Shown: piece by piece, positions 1-9,274 of the stretch
Layout of the letters: each line of letters opens with the position of its first letter
Numbering within the stretch: position 1 is the stretch's first letter
Source: Vulgatibacter sp.
GTDB taxonomy: Bacteria; Myxococcota; Myxococcia; Myxococcales; Vulgatibacteraceae
Reading direction: 5' to 3'
Assembly (NCBI GenBank): GCA_035565615.1
Contig: DATMSB010000114.1
Span: forward strand, 989-64,988
Length of the DNA: 64,000 bases
Position numbers and translations under genes: made by a program
Notes under the pieces: model-generated
The model's input: the letters and a program-made list of their open reading frames with translations, nothing else
Told to the model about the DNA's origin: nothing
Databases searched by the model: none

Positions 1-681
1 CAGGTGGCGTTCGAGCGCTGGCGCACGGCGCTCGCCTACGGCGACCCCACCGATCCGGCGGACGTGGCGGAGGAGGCGAGGCGCTGCCACGCCCGGCTCC
101 GCGGGGAGGAGGGCGCGATCGAGTCGCAGGCGCGGGCGTGCGTGAACCTCCGCCACGAGCTGATCCGCAGGCTCGCGGGCCTCCCCTCGCCGGTGCCGTT
201 CGGCCTGGGCTCTCGCGGCAACCTGAACGTGAGCGATCTCGGTGCGCTCCTGGGGCGGTGCAAGGACGACGAGGACGGGCTGCGCTGCGACCTCGCTCCC
301 GAAGCGCTGGAGGAGCGGGCATGGCTGGGGCAGGGCAACCTCCTTGGCTGGGCGACCTTCGTGAAGCGCGACGGGGAGCTGCGCCTCGGCTCGCTGTTCG
401 TCTACCGCGTCGCCGACACCTGCTCGGACGCGGCGGCGACGGTCTCGCAGTGGTGGGGGAGGCTGGAGAAGCTCGCGGGGCCGACGCCGAGCGCCGCCCA
501 TCGCCTCCAGCACGATCGCCTCTGCACCCAGATCCGCTCCGCCCTCCAGATCGGTAGCCACAGGTTCGTCACCGGGACCGACGAGCTCGGCACCTCCGGC
601 AGGTACGTGGCGTTCGTCGAGATCACCTCGGAGCTCTGGGACCGCCAGCCCGTCCGCCAGAAGTTCGACCACTACGACTGA
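1..681 (+). CDS. hypothetical protein, 5'-partial
   Basis: Frame is open from base 1 to TGA at 679-681, with GC3-rich codons. No family motif recognised. The start probably lies upstream of the window. Confidence 0.55.
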   Translation, partial: QVAFERWRTALAYGDPTDPADVAEEARRCHARLRGEEGAIESQARACVNLRHELIRRLAGLPSPVPFGLGSRGNLNVSDLGALLGRCKDDEDGLRCDLAPEALEERAWLGQGNLLGWATFVKRDGELRLGSLFVYRVADTCSDAAATVSQWWGRLEKLAGPTPSAAHRLQHDRLCTQIRSALQIGSHRFVTGTDELGTSGRYVAFVEITSELWDRQPVRQKFDHYD

Positions 682-714
682 GGCGGCGCTGGGCCGGGGA
701 CCTTTCCAAAACGA

Positions 715-748
715 CCGCGCCCCTCGGCCGTGCGGGCGAGGGGCGCGG
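715..748. terminator. GC-rich hairpin between convergent genes (possible bidirectional terminator)
   Basis: Perfect 12-bp inverted repeat CCGCGCCCCTCG (715-726) / CGAGGGGCGCGG (737-748). No strong U-tract. Confidence 0.5.
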
Positions 749-772
749 AGAGAGTGCTTCTCGGATCCCGAA

Positions 773-1933
773 TCAGTCGAGCAGCTCGGTGTGCAGCGTC
801 ACGAGGTAGGTCGAGCGGGCCGCACCGCCGTCGGGCGTGCCGATCCAGGCCTCGACCTTCAGCTCGCAGGTCGCCGGGCGGCTGATCGTTCGATCCATCT
901 GGAAGAGGAAGCCGACCTGCTGCCCATGACCGCTCTCGACGGCCTCGAAGGTTCCGACCTTCTCCGTGTCCGTCGCGGAAGGCGTGTAGGACGTGGCGGG
1001 CGCGAACACGCCGTTGCAGTCGGACGACGAGAGCTTCCACTCGATGTCCGCGGTGTAGGGGTTGGGGTTGTTCGCCTTCAGCGTGCCGTACACCCAGGTG
1101 CCCTCGTTGTCGTTGAGGGTCCGCAGCTTCCCGTCGAGCGTCGGCGCGAAGTTGAAGGAGACGCTGGCCTCCATGGTCCCGTGCGCGGTGGCGACGAACG
1201 GAATGCTCATCTCGGCGACGTTGCCGTCGGCGTCGGTGACGACCAGGACGAAGCCCTGATCGGACGCCCAGCTCGGCGCCCGCATGTTGATGTAGCCCTT
1301 CTCGTTCGAGGTGAAGGTCGCCGGAACGACGCTCTCGGTCGTCCAGTGGTATTTCGGATCGAGCCCGCCCCAGTTCCGGGAGGAGAGCGTGTAGGGGCCG
1401 GTTCCGCCGCCGACGTTCACCCCGATGGTCGTGACGAGGCCCGTCGGGATCGGCGCACGCAGCCAGGAGAGCGAGCTGAAGAACGGCGCGACCCACTCGC
1501 GATCGCGCTGCTGGTTCACGAAGAGGGCGAGCACGACCGTCTCGTTCTCCTCGATGTCGACGATGGCCGGCTCGGACACCACGGTGGAAGGCGAGATGCC
1601 CGCCTTCATCTGCACGAGGGCGATGGCGGAGTAGGGGCCGGTGGGGAGAAAGGTCCTGGAGCCTTCCCACCAGGAGTTGGTCCCGTTGCGGGTGAGGGTG
1701 AACTGAATGATCTGCCGCCCGTCGATCGGCTCGATGGGGGTCAGCACCACGTCGACCTTCTCCACGTCATCGAGGAAGGAGAAGTTCTCCCCCGGCGCCG
1801 TCAGCGCCGACACCTGGACGTCGAGGCTTCCGTACGCGTCGGTGGCCTCGACCACCCCGTCGTCCATGCCACACGCCGCGAAGCCGAACCCCATCACCGA
1901 CGTCGCTGCGAGAGCGAGCAACTTCCTCGTCAT
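773..1933 (-). CDS. myxobacterial-type lipoprotein with probable Ig-like beta-sandwich domains
   Basis: Signal peptide MTRKLLALAATSVMGFGFAAC with lipobox FAAC. RBS AGGAGG upstream. Beta-rich, Thr/Val-rich mature sequence. Confidence 0.75.
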   Translation of the reverse strand: MTRKLLALAATSVMGFGFAACGMDDGVVEATDAYGSLDVQVSALTAPGENFSFLDDVEKVDVVLTPIEPIDGRQIIQFTLTRNGTNSWWEGSRTFLPTGPYSAIALVQMKAGISPSTVVSEPAIVDIEENETVVLALFVNQQRDREWVAPFFSSLSWLRAPIPTGLVTTIGVNVGGGTGPYTLSSRNWGGLDPKYHWTTESVVPATFTSNEKGYINMRAPSWASDQGFVLVVTDADGNVAEMSIPFVATAHGTMEASVSFNFAPTLDGKLRTLNDNEGTWVYGTLKANNPNPYTADIEWKLSSSDCNGVFAPATSYTPSATDTEKVGTFEAVESGHGQQVGFLFQMDRTISRPATCELKVEAWIGTPDGGAARSTYLVTLHTELLD

Positions 1934-2036
1934 CTTCGAACCTCCTGAAAAAAAGAAGGATCCACCCCGAGCTTCGAACCTCGGTGTGGGCGCTTATGCC
2001 ACCGGGTGGGAGAGCGTCGCCATCACAGGATCGTGT

Positions 2037-2064
2037 GTCGTTGGCTCATGGTCGTTGAGTCATG
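2037..2064. repeat. 14-bp tandem direct repeat upstream of the lipoprotein gene
   Basis: GTCGTTGGCTCATG (2037-2050) followed by GTCGTTGAGTCATG (2051-2064), 12/14 identical, intergenic. Confidence 0.5.
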
Positions 2065-2112
2065 GGAGCTGGCTCGTCGCCCCGAACGACCCGACGATCC
2101 TCGCGGCCCTCG

Positions 2113-5100
2113 TCAGACGGACGACTCGATGAGGTGCACGAGCTCGTCGGTGCCGAGCGCGCCGGCGTGATCGGCGCCCTCCAGGATCGACTCGACCAGC
2201 TCGCGCTTGTGCGCGTGGAGCGAGAGGATGCGCTCCTCGATCGTCCCGTGGGAGACGAGGCGGATCACGGTGACGGGCCGGGTCTGCCCGATGCGATGGG
2301 CGCGGTCGGAGGCCTGATCCTCGACGGCCGGATTCCACCACGGATCGAGGTGGAGGACGAAGTCGGCGGCGGTGAGGTTGAGGCCGAAGCCGCCGGCCTT
2401 GAGCGAGATGAGGAAGTGATCCGCCTCGCCGGACTGGAAGGCGTCGACCAGCTCCTGCCGCCTGGCGCCAGGGGTCTGCCCGTCCAGATAGAGCACCCGC
2501 AGGCCCGCCGCCTCGAGCGCTTCTCGCACGAGGCCGAGGTGCTTGGTGAACTGGCTGAACACCAGCGCCCGATGGCCCTCGGCGCGAAGCTCCGCGAGCA
2601 GCTCCACCGCGCGCTCGAGCTTGGACGAGGGCACGGCCGAGTCGGGGTCGTAGAGGGCCGGGTGGCACGCGGCGAGGCGAAGACGGGTGATGGCCGCGAG
2701 GACCTCGAAGCGCGCCTTCGCCGGCGGCATCGATCCGGCCAACCCCTTGATCCGCGCCACCGCCGCGAGGCGCGCCTGCTCGTAGAGCTCGCGCTCGGTC
2801 CTCGACAGCTCCACGAGCTCGTCGACCTCGGTCCGCGCGGGGAGCTCCGAGGCGACCTCCAGCTTGGTGCGGCGCAGGAGGAAGGGCCGGAAGATCCGGG
2901 AGAGCGCGGCCTTGCGATCGGCGTCGCCGTCCCGCTCGATCGCGAGGCCGAAGCGGTGGCGGAACTGCTCCCAGCTCCCCAGCAGGCCCGGCACCGTCAC
3001 CCGAAAGAGGCTCCACAGCTCGCCCACGTGGTTCTCCAGCGGCGTCCCGCTCAGCGCCACGCGGACGTCGGCCTGCAGCGCCCGCGCCGCCTTGGCGCGC
3101 TCGGTCTGCGGGTTCTTGATCGCCTGCGCCTCGTCGAGGACGAGGGTCGAGAACCGCCTCCCGCAGAGGAGCTCCCGCTCCCGCGCGAGGTAGGTGTAGC
3201 TGACGACGAGGACGTCCCGCGGGCCGAGCCCCGCGACGGTGGCGGCGCGATCGCCTTCGCCGAAGATCACCGGGCGCAAGGGAGGGGCGAAGCGCGCCGC
3301 CTCGCGGACCCAGTTGCCGCAGACGGAGGTGGGCGCGACCACGAGGGCGGGACCCTCCTCCATGCGGTGGACGAGGAGCGCCAGCGCCTGGACGGTCTTG
3401 CCGAGGCCCATGTCGTCGGCAAGGCAGCCGCCGCCGCCCCACGCCGCCAGCCGCGCCAGCCAGCGGAAGCCGTCCACCTGGTAGGGACGCAAGGTCGCCC
3501 GCAGCCCCTCCGGCACCTCGGGCTCGAAGCTCGCCGCTTCGCGCATCCGCTCGAGCATGGTGCGCAGCTCGAGGGCCGCCTCCAGCTCGCCGCCGCCGTC
3601 GACGAGGGCCTCGAGCGACGGGAGCGCCGCGAGGGACGCCTCGAGGCCTCCCCGCGAGGAGAAGGTCTGGTCGGCGGCCAGGGCGAGGCGCTCGCGGAGC
3701 TCGTCGCCCAGGGCGACCCAGGTGTCGCCCGAGACCTGCACGTAGCGGGCGCCGCGCCGGGCGGCGTCGAGGGCCTCGGCGATCCGGAGCTGCACGTCGT
3801 CGACCTCGATCTCGCCGTCGAGGCCGAGCCAGTCGCGGCGCGAGGCGAGGCGCAGGGAGACGTTCCCCGTGGTGGCGGCCCTCGTCACCCTCCAGCGATC
3901 GGAGCGCCACTCCACCCGCAGCGACTCGCTCGTCGGCAGCTCGCCCAGGCGCGCGAGGAGGTCGAGGGCGGCGTCGCCGTCGCGGACCCACGAGAACGAT
4001 CCCGCTTCCGCGTCCTCCAGATCGAGCGCCCGCTGCACGGCGCCCGCCGCTGCCAGCTCCGCGGTGAAGCTGCGGCGCACGAAGATCCGGCGCCGATCGA
4101 TCGAGCCGGACAGCACTTCGCCCCCCTGCCCCGGGACCAGCGCGGCGCCGCCGGGCGCCGGGGCGACGAGGAGCTGCACGGCGAGCGACACCGGACCTCG
4201 GCGCTCCACTCGCACCACCACCACGTCCCGGGCCGGGACCTCGTCGCCGAGGAGGCCCTCCGGGATCCGCATCGGCACGAGGGCCGCGAGCCTCGACGCC
4301 CGCTCCAGGACGGCGTGGGCCGCCTCCGCCGGGAACGCGCCGCCCCCCAGCGCCAGGAGCACCTCGCGGACCTTCGGGTCGACCCTGGCGACGAGGCAGC
4401 GGGCGGAGGGCTCGTCGAGGAGCACCACCGCGCCGTCGAAGGAGGAGGAGCGGAGCTGGGGGAGGATCGCTTCGGCAGGCGCGGCCGCCCCTTCGATCCA
4501 AGGGACGATGCGGACCGAGTCGCCGCGCTCCTCGACGGCGAGGCGGAGCGCAGCGGCGCGCAGGTCCAGCCTGCGGAGGGGCGGGCCCGAGAGGAAGACG
4601 TGGGGGTGGCCGCAGAGCTCCAGCAGGGCCTGCCGCGCGACGGCCTCGCGGGCGTGATCGGGCTGCCAGCCCTGCTGTCCCTGGAGCATCCGCACCACCC
4701 GCCGGTCGCGGGGATCGGCCACCTCGCCGAGGTCGTGGTGCCGCAGCGGCACCCCCGCGGAGAACCTCCCGCTCTTGAGGCGCCGCTGGACGATCACCGC
4801 CACCTCGGGGACGCCGGTGGCCGAGGGCGTGAGTCTCCACGCGATCCGGGTGTCGGCCTCGTCGCCCGCGATCGGGCCCGCCTCGAGCCGCGCGAGGGCC
4901 GCGTCCAGGCGGCCCAGCGCGCGCTGCCAGTCCGGCGCGCCAATGGCGGCGCGGAGCTCGTTCCGCAGGGAGGAGGATGGATCGAGGAGCCCCGCCAGGA
5001 GCGCGTCCAGCGCCGGCGCGACGTGGGGGCAGGCGAAGGCGCGGCAGGAGCACCAGGGCTCGGGCGGACCGGCGAGCTTGAACGTGACGGCGTGCTCGGC

Positions 5101-5643
5101 GCCGGCTCGCCACGGGTTGGAGCCGGCGACCTCGACGAAGATCTGCAGGCGCGACGGATCCTCGTGGAAGGCCCAGCGCAGGAGCCTGCTCTTGCGGGGG
5201 ACGCCCCGCGCGGCGGCGAAGCGGGCCCGCCGCAGGCGCACGAGGAGGGGGTCGAGGACGCGGTCGCCGGTGGGCGCCTCCGCCCACCACGCCTCGATCG
5301 CCTCCGCCGATCGACCCAGGCCGAGCCTGGCGAACGCCTTGTGATCCAGCCAGGTGCGTACCGCCTCCTGCGCGAGGCCGAACCCGCGGCCACCCAGTCG
5401 CACGCGCAGGCGGGAGAGCCCCTCCGGCGACGGCGTGGCCAGCTCCTCCATGGTCGCCAGGGCGTCGCGCAGCGCCCCGGCGGCCGGCTCGTCCTCCAGG
5501 CCGACGAGCGCCAGCATCGCCGGATCGCCCAGCTCCGCCTCGATGCCGGCGGCGCGCGCCCACCGGCGCAGCGCCTCACCGCTCTCCCAGCGGGCGTCGA
5601 AGAGGGAGGAGAGTCGGTCGGTCGGGGCGGGGTCGGGGCGCAA
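2113..5643 (-). CDS. SWIM zinc finger + SNF2-family DEAD/DEAH helicase
   Basis: SWIM motif WCSCRAFACPHV. SNF2 motifs LADDMGLGKT, DEAQAIKN, SGTPLENH, FSQF, SLKAGGFGLNLT, QASDRAHRIGQ. Start uncertain (TTG 5643 or ATG 5517); the track extension to 6117 overlaps the upstream gene. Confidence 0.88.
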   Translation of the reverse strand: MRPDPAPTDRLSSLFDARWESGEALRRWARAAGIEAELGDPAMLALVGLEDEPAAGALRDALATMEELATPSPEGLSRLRVRLGGRGFGLAQEAVRTWLDHKAFARLGLGRSAEAIEAWWAEAPTGDRVLDPLLVRLRRARFAAARGVPRKSRLLRWAFHEDPSRLQIFVEVAGSNPWRAGAEHAVTFKLAGPPEPWCSCRAFACPHVAPALDALLAGLLDPSSSLRNELRAAIGAPDWQRALGRLDAALARLEAGPIAGDEADTRIAWRLTPSATGVPEVAVIVQRRLKSGRFSAGVPLRHHDLGEVADPRDRRVVRMLQGQQGWQPDHAREAVARQALLELCGHPHVFLSGPPLRRLDLRAAALRLAVEERGDSVRIVPWIEGAAAPAEAILPQLRSSSFDGAVVLLDEPSARCLVARVDPKVREVLLALGGGAFPAEAAHAVLERASRLAALVPMRIPEGLLGDEVPARDVVVVRVERRGPVSLAVQLLVAPAPGGAALVPGQGGEVLSGSIDRRRIFVRRSFTAELAAAGAVQRALDLEDAEAGSFSWVRDGDAALDLLARLGELPTSESLRVEWRSDRWRVTRAATTGNVSLRLASRRDWLGLDGEIEVDDVQLRIAEALDAARRGARYVQVSGDTWVALGDELRERLALAADQTFSSRGGLEASLAALPSLEALVDGGGELEAALELRTMLERMREAASFEPEVPEGLRATLRPYQVDGFRWLARLAAWGGGGCLADDMGLGKTVQALALLVHRMEEGPALVVAPTSVCGNWVREAARFAPPLRPVIFGEGDRAATVAGLGPRDVLVVSYTYLARERELLCGRRFSTLVLDEAQAIKNPQTERAKAARALQADVRVALSGTPLENHVGELWSLFRVTVPGLLGSWEQFRHRFGLAIERDGDADRKAALSRIFRPFLLRRTKLEVASELPARTEVDELVELSRTERELYEQARLAAVARIKGLAGSMPPAKARFEVLAAITRLRLAACHPALYDPDSAVPSSKLERAVELLAELRAEGHRALVFSQFTKHLGLVREALEAAGLRVLYLDGQTPGARRQELVDAFQSGEADHFLISLKAGGFGLNLTAADFVLHLDPWWNPAVEDQASDRAHRIGQTRPVTVIRLVSHGTIEERILSLHAHKRELVESILEGADHAGALGTDELVHLIESSV

Positions 5644-5719
5644 GGTCTTTGGCTCGGGGGGAGACGGCGTTCCTACCAGAACTGCCGGCGCCCGTGGTTC
5701 ACTCGCGACGCGGCCGGGC

Positions 5720-6214
5720 TCAAGCGAACCGGGCCAGGGCCGTCGCGGCCAAGCCGGCGAGGAAGGCCAGGTCGATCGCCGCCGCCACCGCCGCGAGGAT
5801 CCGCGCCCGGCTCGACGTTTCCCCGGCGCGCTTCGCGAAGGAAAAGAGGGCGTCCAGGGAGACCATGGTGGCGATCGCCGGGACCACGGTGATCCCCAGG
5901 ATCGCCGCGACGAACGCTCGCCTCGCCAGCTTGTCGGCGGGGTGCGGCGGCGCGGGGGACGGCTCGTCGGGCTCGTCGTCCCGGAGGACGGGATCCGGCA
6001 CCACGTGGGGCGCCGCCAGGATGGCGAGGGCGTCCTTGCGCTCGGCGGGGTCGACCTGGAGGCGCACGCCGCCGACGGCGTTGGAGAGGTGGGGGGCCAC
6101 GCCGACCAGCCCATCATCCAGCACCCGCGCCCGGATCCCGTGCCCCTTCAGGAGGTCCCTGGCGAAGACCGCCTCGTACGGCAGGCCATAGGCCCGGATG
6201 GTGATCCACTCCAC
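5720..6214 (-). CDS. DUF2007-like (putative signal-transducing) domain membrane protein
   Basis: EWITIRAYGLPYEAVFARDLLKGHGIRARVLDD...GGVRLQVD pattern followed by two hydrophobic helices. GTG start at 6214 is the C-terminal part of track ORF 5720..7789. Confidence 0.65.
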   Translation of the reverse strand: MEWITIRAYGLPYEAVFARDLLKGHGIRARVLDDGLVGVAPHLSNAVGGVRLQVDPAERKDALAILAAPHVVPDPVLRDDEPDEPSPAPPHPADKLARRAFVAAILGITVVPAIATMVSLDALFSFAKRAGETSSRARILAAVAAAIDLAFLAGLAATALARFA

Positions 6215-6386
6215 GGCTTCCAGGTGCTCGGCGGCGATGGCGGTCCTCCTTCTCCGTTTTCTCCCACAGACGATACCGCTCCGGCGCCCGCCGGAGGTAC
6301 CGGGACGCTCGATCGAGCCGCCCTGCGCTTGCGCTCGCCCGCTTTGCGGCCTATAGGGCTGCGGTTTACCTGCACCACGCGGCGAC

Positions 6387-8243
6387 ATGCTCGAAAAGGC
6401 ATCCTCCTCCCTCCCAACAGACGTCCCCCCCGCAAACCGGGCCCTCGCGCGGCTGGCTCGGATCGCCACGGCGGCGCTCCACGCCAAGAACGCCCTGGCG
6501 ATCTCCCGAGACGGCGCCGAGGCGCTGGCGATCGGCACCTCCTGCGACGGCCGGCCGCTGGACGAGGCGATGATCGCCTCCCTCGTCGAGATCCGGAGGC
6601 CGCTCCTCGTCGAGGACGCCGACGAGCTGGGGGAGGGCGGCGCGAAGGCGCTCGCCGCCACCCTCGGCGCCCGATCCCTGGTGGCGGTCCCGTTCTCGCA
6701 GAAGGACAAGGCGCGGCACGGGGTGCTCCTGGTCTGCGACGCCAAGCCCCGAGACTGGGGAGGGAAGGCGTTCGCGCTCCTCGAGGATCTGGCGCAAGGG
6801 GCGCTCGCCAGGTGGGCGCTCCTGGAGGAGGTCGCGGCGAGGAAGCAGCGGGAGGAGGAGCTCCTCCTGCTGCAGTCGCTGACCGACGCGATCTTCGGCG
6901 CTCCGGACGTGGCGAGCGCGATCCTCGTCACCCTGCGCCGCGTCTGCGAATTCACCGGCTGGGAGTACGGCGAGGCGTGGCTCCCCGACGAGCACGATGA
7001 GCGCCTGGAGAGCGCGCCGGAGTGGTTCTCGTTCCGGGACGATCCCTTCATCAGCGTGAGCAGGACCCTCACCTTCGGCCGGGGGTACGGCCTGCCCGGG
7101 CGGGTCTGGGAGCAGAAGGTCCCGATCTGGGAGCGGGACATCGCGAGCAGCCGTTCGTACCCGCGGTTGAACCTCGCCGCGTTGGTGGGGATCAAGGCCG
7201 CGGTGGGGATCCCCGTGCTCTTCCAGGGGCGGGTGGTGGCGGTGCTCGTCTTCCACACCACGAGGCTCGTCGAGGAGGACCGCCGCCTCGTCCGCCTCAT
7301 CTCCACCGTGGCCTCGGAGCTGGGCGGCGCCGTGGCGGCGAAGCAGGCCGAGGATCGGCTGCGCGATTCCGAGGCGCGGCTCGCCGGTATCCTGGAGGTG
7401 GCGGCGGACTCGATCGTCTCCATCGACGGCTCGCAGCGGATCACGCTCTTCAACCGCGCCGCCGAGCGGATGTTCGGGTACGAGGCCGAAGAGGTGCTCG
7501 GCAGGCCCCTCGACATCCTGCTCCCGGAGGACGCGCGCGCGAACCACGTGGGGTACGTGCGCACCTTCGTGGAGTCGGGGCAGACCGCCCGCTTCATGAG
7601 AGAGCGGGGCGAGATCCGCGGCAGGCGCAAGAACGGCGAGATCTTCCCCGCCGAGGCGACCATCTCGGTGCTGCACCTGCGCGGCGAGCCCGTCTGCACC
7701 GTGGTCCTGCGCGACATCACCGCCCGCAAGGAGGCGGAGGCGGCGCTGAAGGCCCAGGCGATCCGCGACGACCTCACCGGCCTCCACAACCGGCGTGGCT
7801 TCCTCCTCCTCGCCGAGCAGAAGCTCCTCGCCGCGCGGCGCTCGGGTGTCTCCTGCGTGCTGCTCTACGTGGACATGGACGGCTTCAAGGCGATAAACGA
7901 CGAGCTCGGTCATCCGGCGGGGGACGCGGCGCTGGTCGAGGTGGCGCAGATCCTGCGCCGCACCTTCCGGGAGTCCGATGTGGTGGCGCGGCTGGGCGGC
8001 GACGAGTTCGTGGTCCTGGCCCGCTGCGACGCCGGTTCGGGGGAGGCGATGCGCGAGCGCCTCCGCGCACACTTCGAGGAGGCGAACGCAGCCTCGTCGC
8101 GCAGCCACCCCCTGTCGCTCAGCATCGGCGTGGCCTCCTGGGATCCGGCGGCGCCGGCGTCGCTCGAGGCGCTGCTCGCGGACGCCGACGCGGCGATGCT
8201 CGAGGCGAAGCGGCGGCGCAAGGCCGGCCTCGCGGGCGCATGA
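6387..8243 (+). CDS. diguanylate cyclase, GAF-GAF-PAS-GGDEF
   Basis: Intact RLGGDEF with RxxD I-site (RESD) five residues upstream, DDLTGLHNRRGF, PAS (FNRAAERMFGY...GRRKNGEIFP) and two GAF-like segments. Confidence 0.92.
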   Translation: MLEKASSSLPTDVPPANRALARLARIATAALHAKNALAISRDGAEALAIGTSCDGRPLDEAMIASLVEIRRPLLVEDADELGEGGAKALAATLGARSLVAVPFSQKDKARHGVLLVCDAKPRDWGGKAFALLEDLAQGALARWALLEEVAARKQREEELLLLQSLTDAIFGAPDVASAILVTLRRVCEFTGWEYGEAWLPDEHDERLESAPEWFSFRDDPFISVSRTLTFGRGYGLPGRVWEQKVPIWERDIASSRSYPRLNLAALVGIKAAVGIPVLFQGRVVAVLVFHTTRLVEEDRRLVRLISTVASELGGAVAAKQAEDRLRDSEARLAGILEVAADSIVSIDGSQRITLFNRAAERMFGYEAEEVLGRPLDILLPEDARANHVGYVRTFVESGQTARFMRERGEIRGRRKNGEIFPAEATISVLHLRGEPVCTVVLRDITARKEAEAALKAQAIRDDLTGLHNRRGFLLLAEQKLLAARRSGVSCVLLYVDMDGFKAINDELGHPAGDAALVEVAQILRRTFRESDVVARLGGDEFVVLARCDAGSGEAMRERLRAHFEEANAASSRSHPLSLSIGVASWDPAAPASLEALLADADAAMLEAKRRRKAGLAGA

Positions 8244-8323
8244 CCCGAAGGGGGAGGCGCCGCGGGCGGTTCCGGGCGCGATAGGATGAGCGCCATCCCC
8301 CTTTCCCAGCGAGTGGAGGCACC

Positions 8324-9256
8324 ATGCAGCCCCGGCTGGCGGCCGGCCTCTTGCCGATCGTCCTCGCGTCGTGCGTCGCGATCCCGCGGCCTCCCGCCGT
8401 GCTGGGGATGCCGCGCGACGATCCCGAGGCGCGGCTCTCCGCGGTGTGGATCGGGCACGCGACCGTGCTGCTCCGCCTCGGCGATCAGCGGGTGCTCACC
8501 GATCCCAACCTGAGCGGCCTGCTCTACATCGTGCCCCGCGACACGCCGGCGTCGGTGCGCGCGTACGAGATCCCGTTCGTGCACGCGGTGGTGATCAGCC
8601 ACATGCACTTCGATCACTTCGATCGGCCCACGCTGCGGTCGCTCTCGCCCTACTCCGCGCTCTTCTACCCGGACGGCGGGCAGCCCTACGCCATCTCGCT
8701 CACCCAGTATCGCCGCGAGCCGCTCGCACCCTGGCAGTCGGCGCGGGTGGGGAAGCTGACGATCACCGCTGTCCCGGTGCAGCACTTCGGCGGGCGCTAT
8801 GGGCTGGACGCGTTCTGGAACCGCTCGTACACGGGGTACGTGATCGAGGCCGACGGGCTGAAGGTCTTCTTCGCGGGGGACACGGGGAACGCGCCGGCGC
8901 TCTTTCGCGAGGTGGGCGAGCGGTTCCCCGGCATCGACCTGGCGCTGATCCCGATCGCGCCCTACCGCGGCGACAGGGGGAATCGGGTGCACGCCAACCC
9001 CTCCGACGCGCTGGAGATCTTCCGGGTGGTGGGCGCCCGCCACATGATCCCCATCCACTACGAGGGCTACTACGGAAACTGGGGCGGCTACGACAAGCCC
9101 AGGCGCCACCTCGAGGAGGCGCTGGCCCGGGAGGGGCTGGGGGATCGGGTGTTTGCGCTGCGGCCGGGCGAGCGCTGGATCCTCCGGGACGACGGGCCGG
9201 TGGTCACCCGGGAGCTGCGCCGCAGGCCCAAGGAGACGGGCGTGGCCGGCCGGTAG
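8324..9256 (+). CDS. metallo-beta-lactamase-fold hydrolase (NAPE-PLD/RomA-like), probable lipoprotein
   Basis: WIGHATVL, SHMHFDH (HxHxDH), FAGDT, IPIHY motifs. Lipobox-like LASC. Confidence 0.85.
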   Translation: MQPRLAAGLLPIVLASCVAIPRPPAVLGMPRDDPEARLSAVWIGHATVLLRLGDQRVLTDPNLSGLLYIVPRDTPASVRAYEIPFVHAVVISHMHFDHFDRPTLRSLSPYSALFYPDGGQPYAISLTQYRREPLAPWQSARVGKLTITAVPVQHFGGRYGLDAFWNRSYTGYVIEADGLKVFFAGDTGNAPALFREVGERFPGIDLALIPIAPYRGDRGNRVHANPSDALEIFRVVGARHMIPIHYEGYYGNWGGYDKPRRHLEEALAREGLGDRVFALRPGERWILRDDGPVVTRELRRRPKETGVAGR

Positions 9257-9274
9257 CCCGGAAGTCGCCTGGCA

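Noticed and set aside
2060-5892. Very long alternative ORFs (2062..5892 +, 2060..5563 -) over the SNF2 gene
   Set aside because: Shadow frames of high-GC coding DNA; Arg/Gly/Pro-rich or antisense translations with no motifs.
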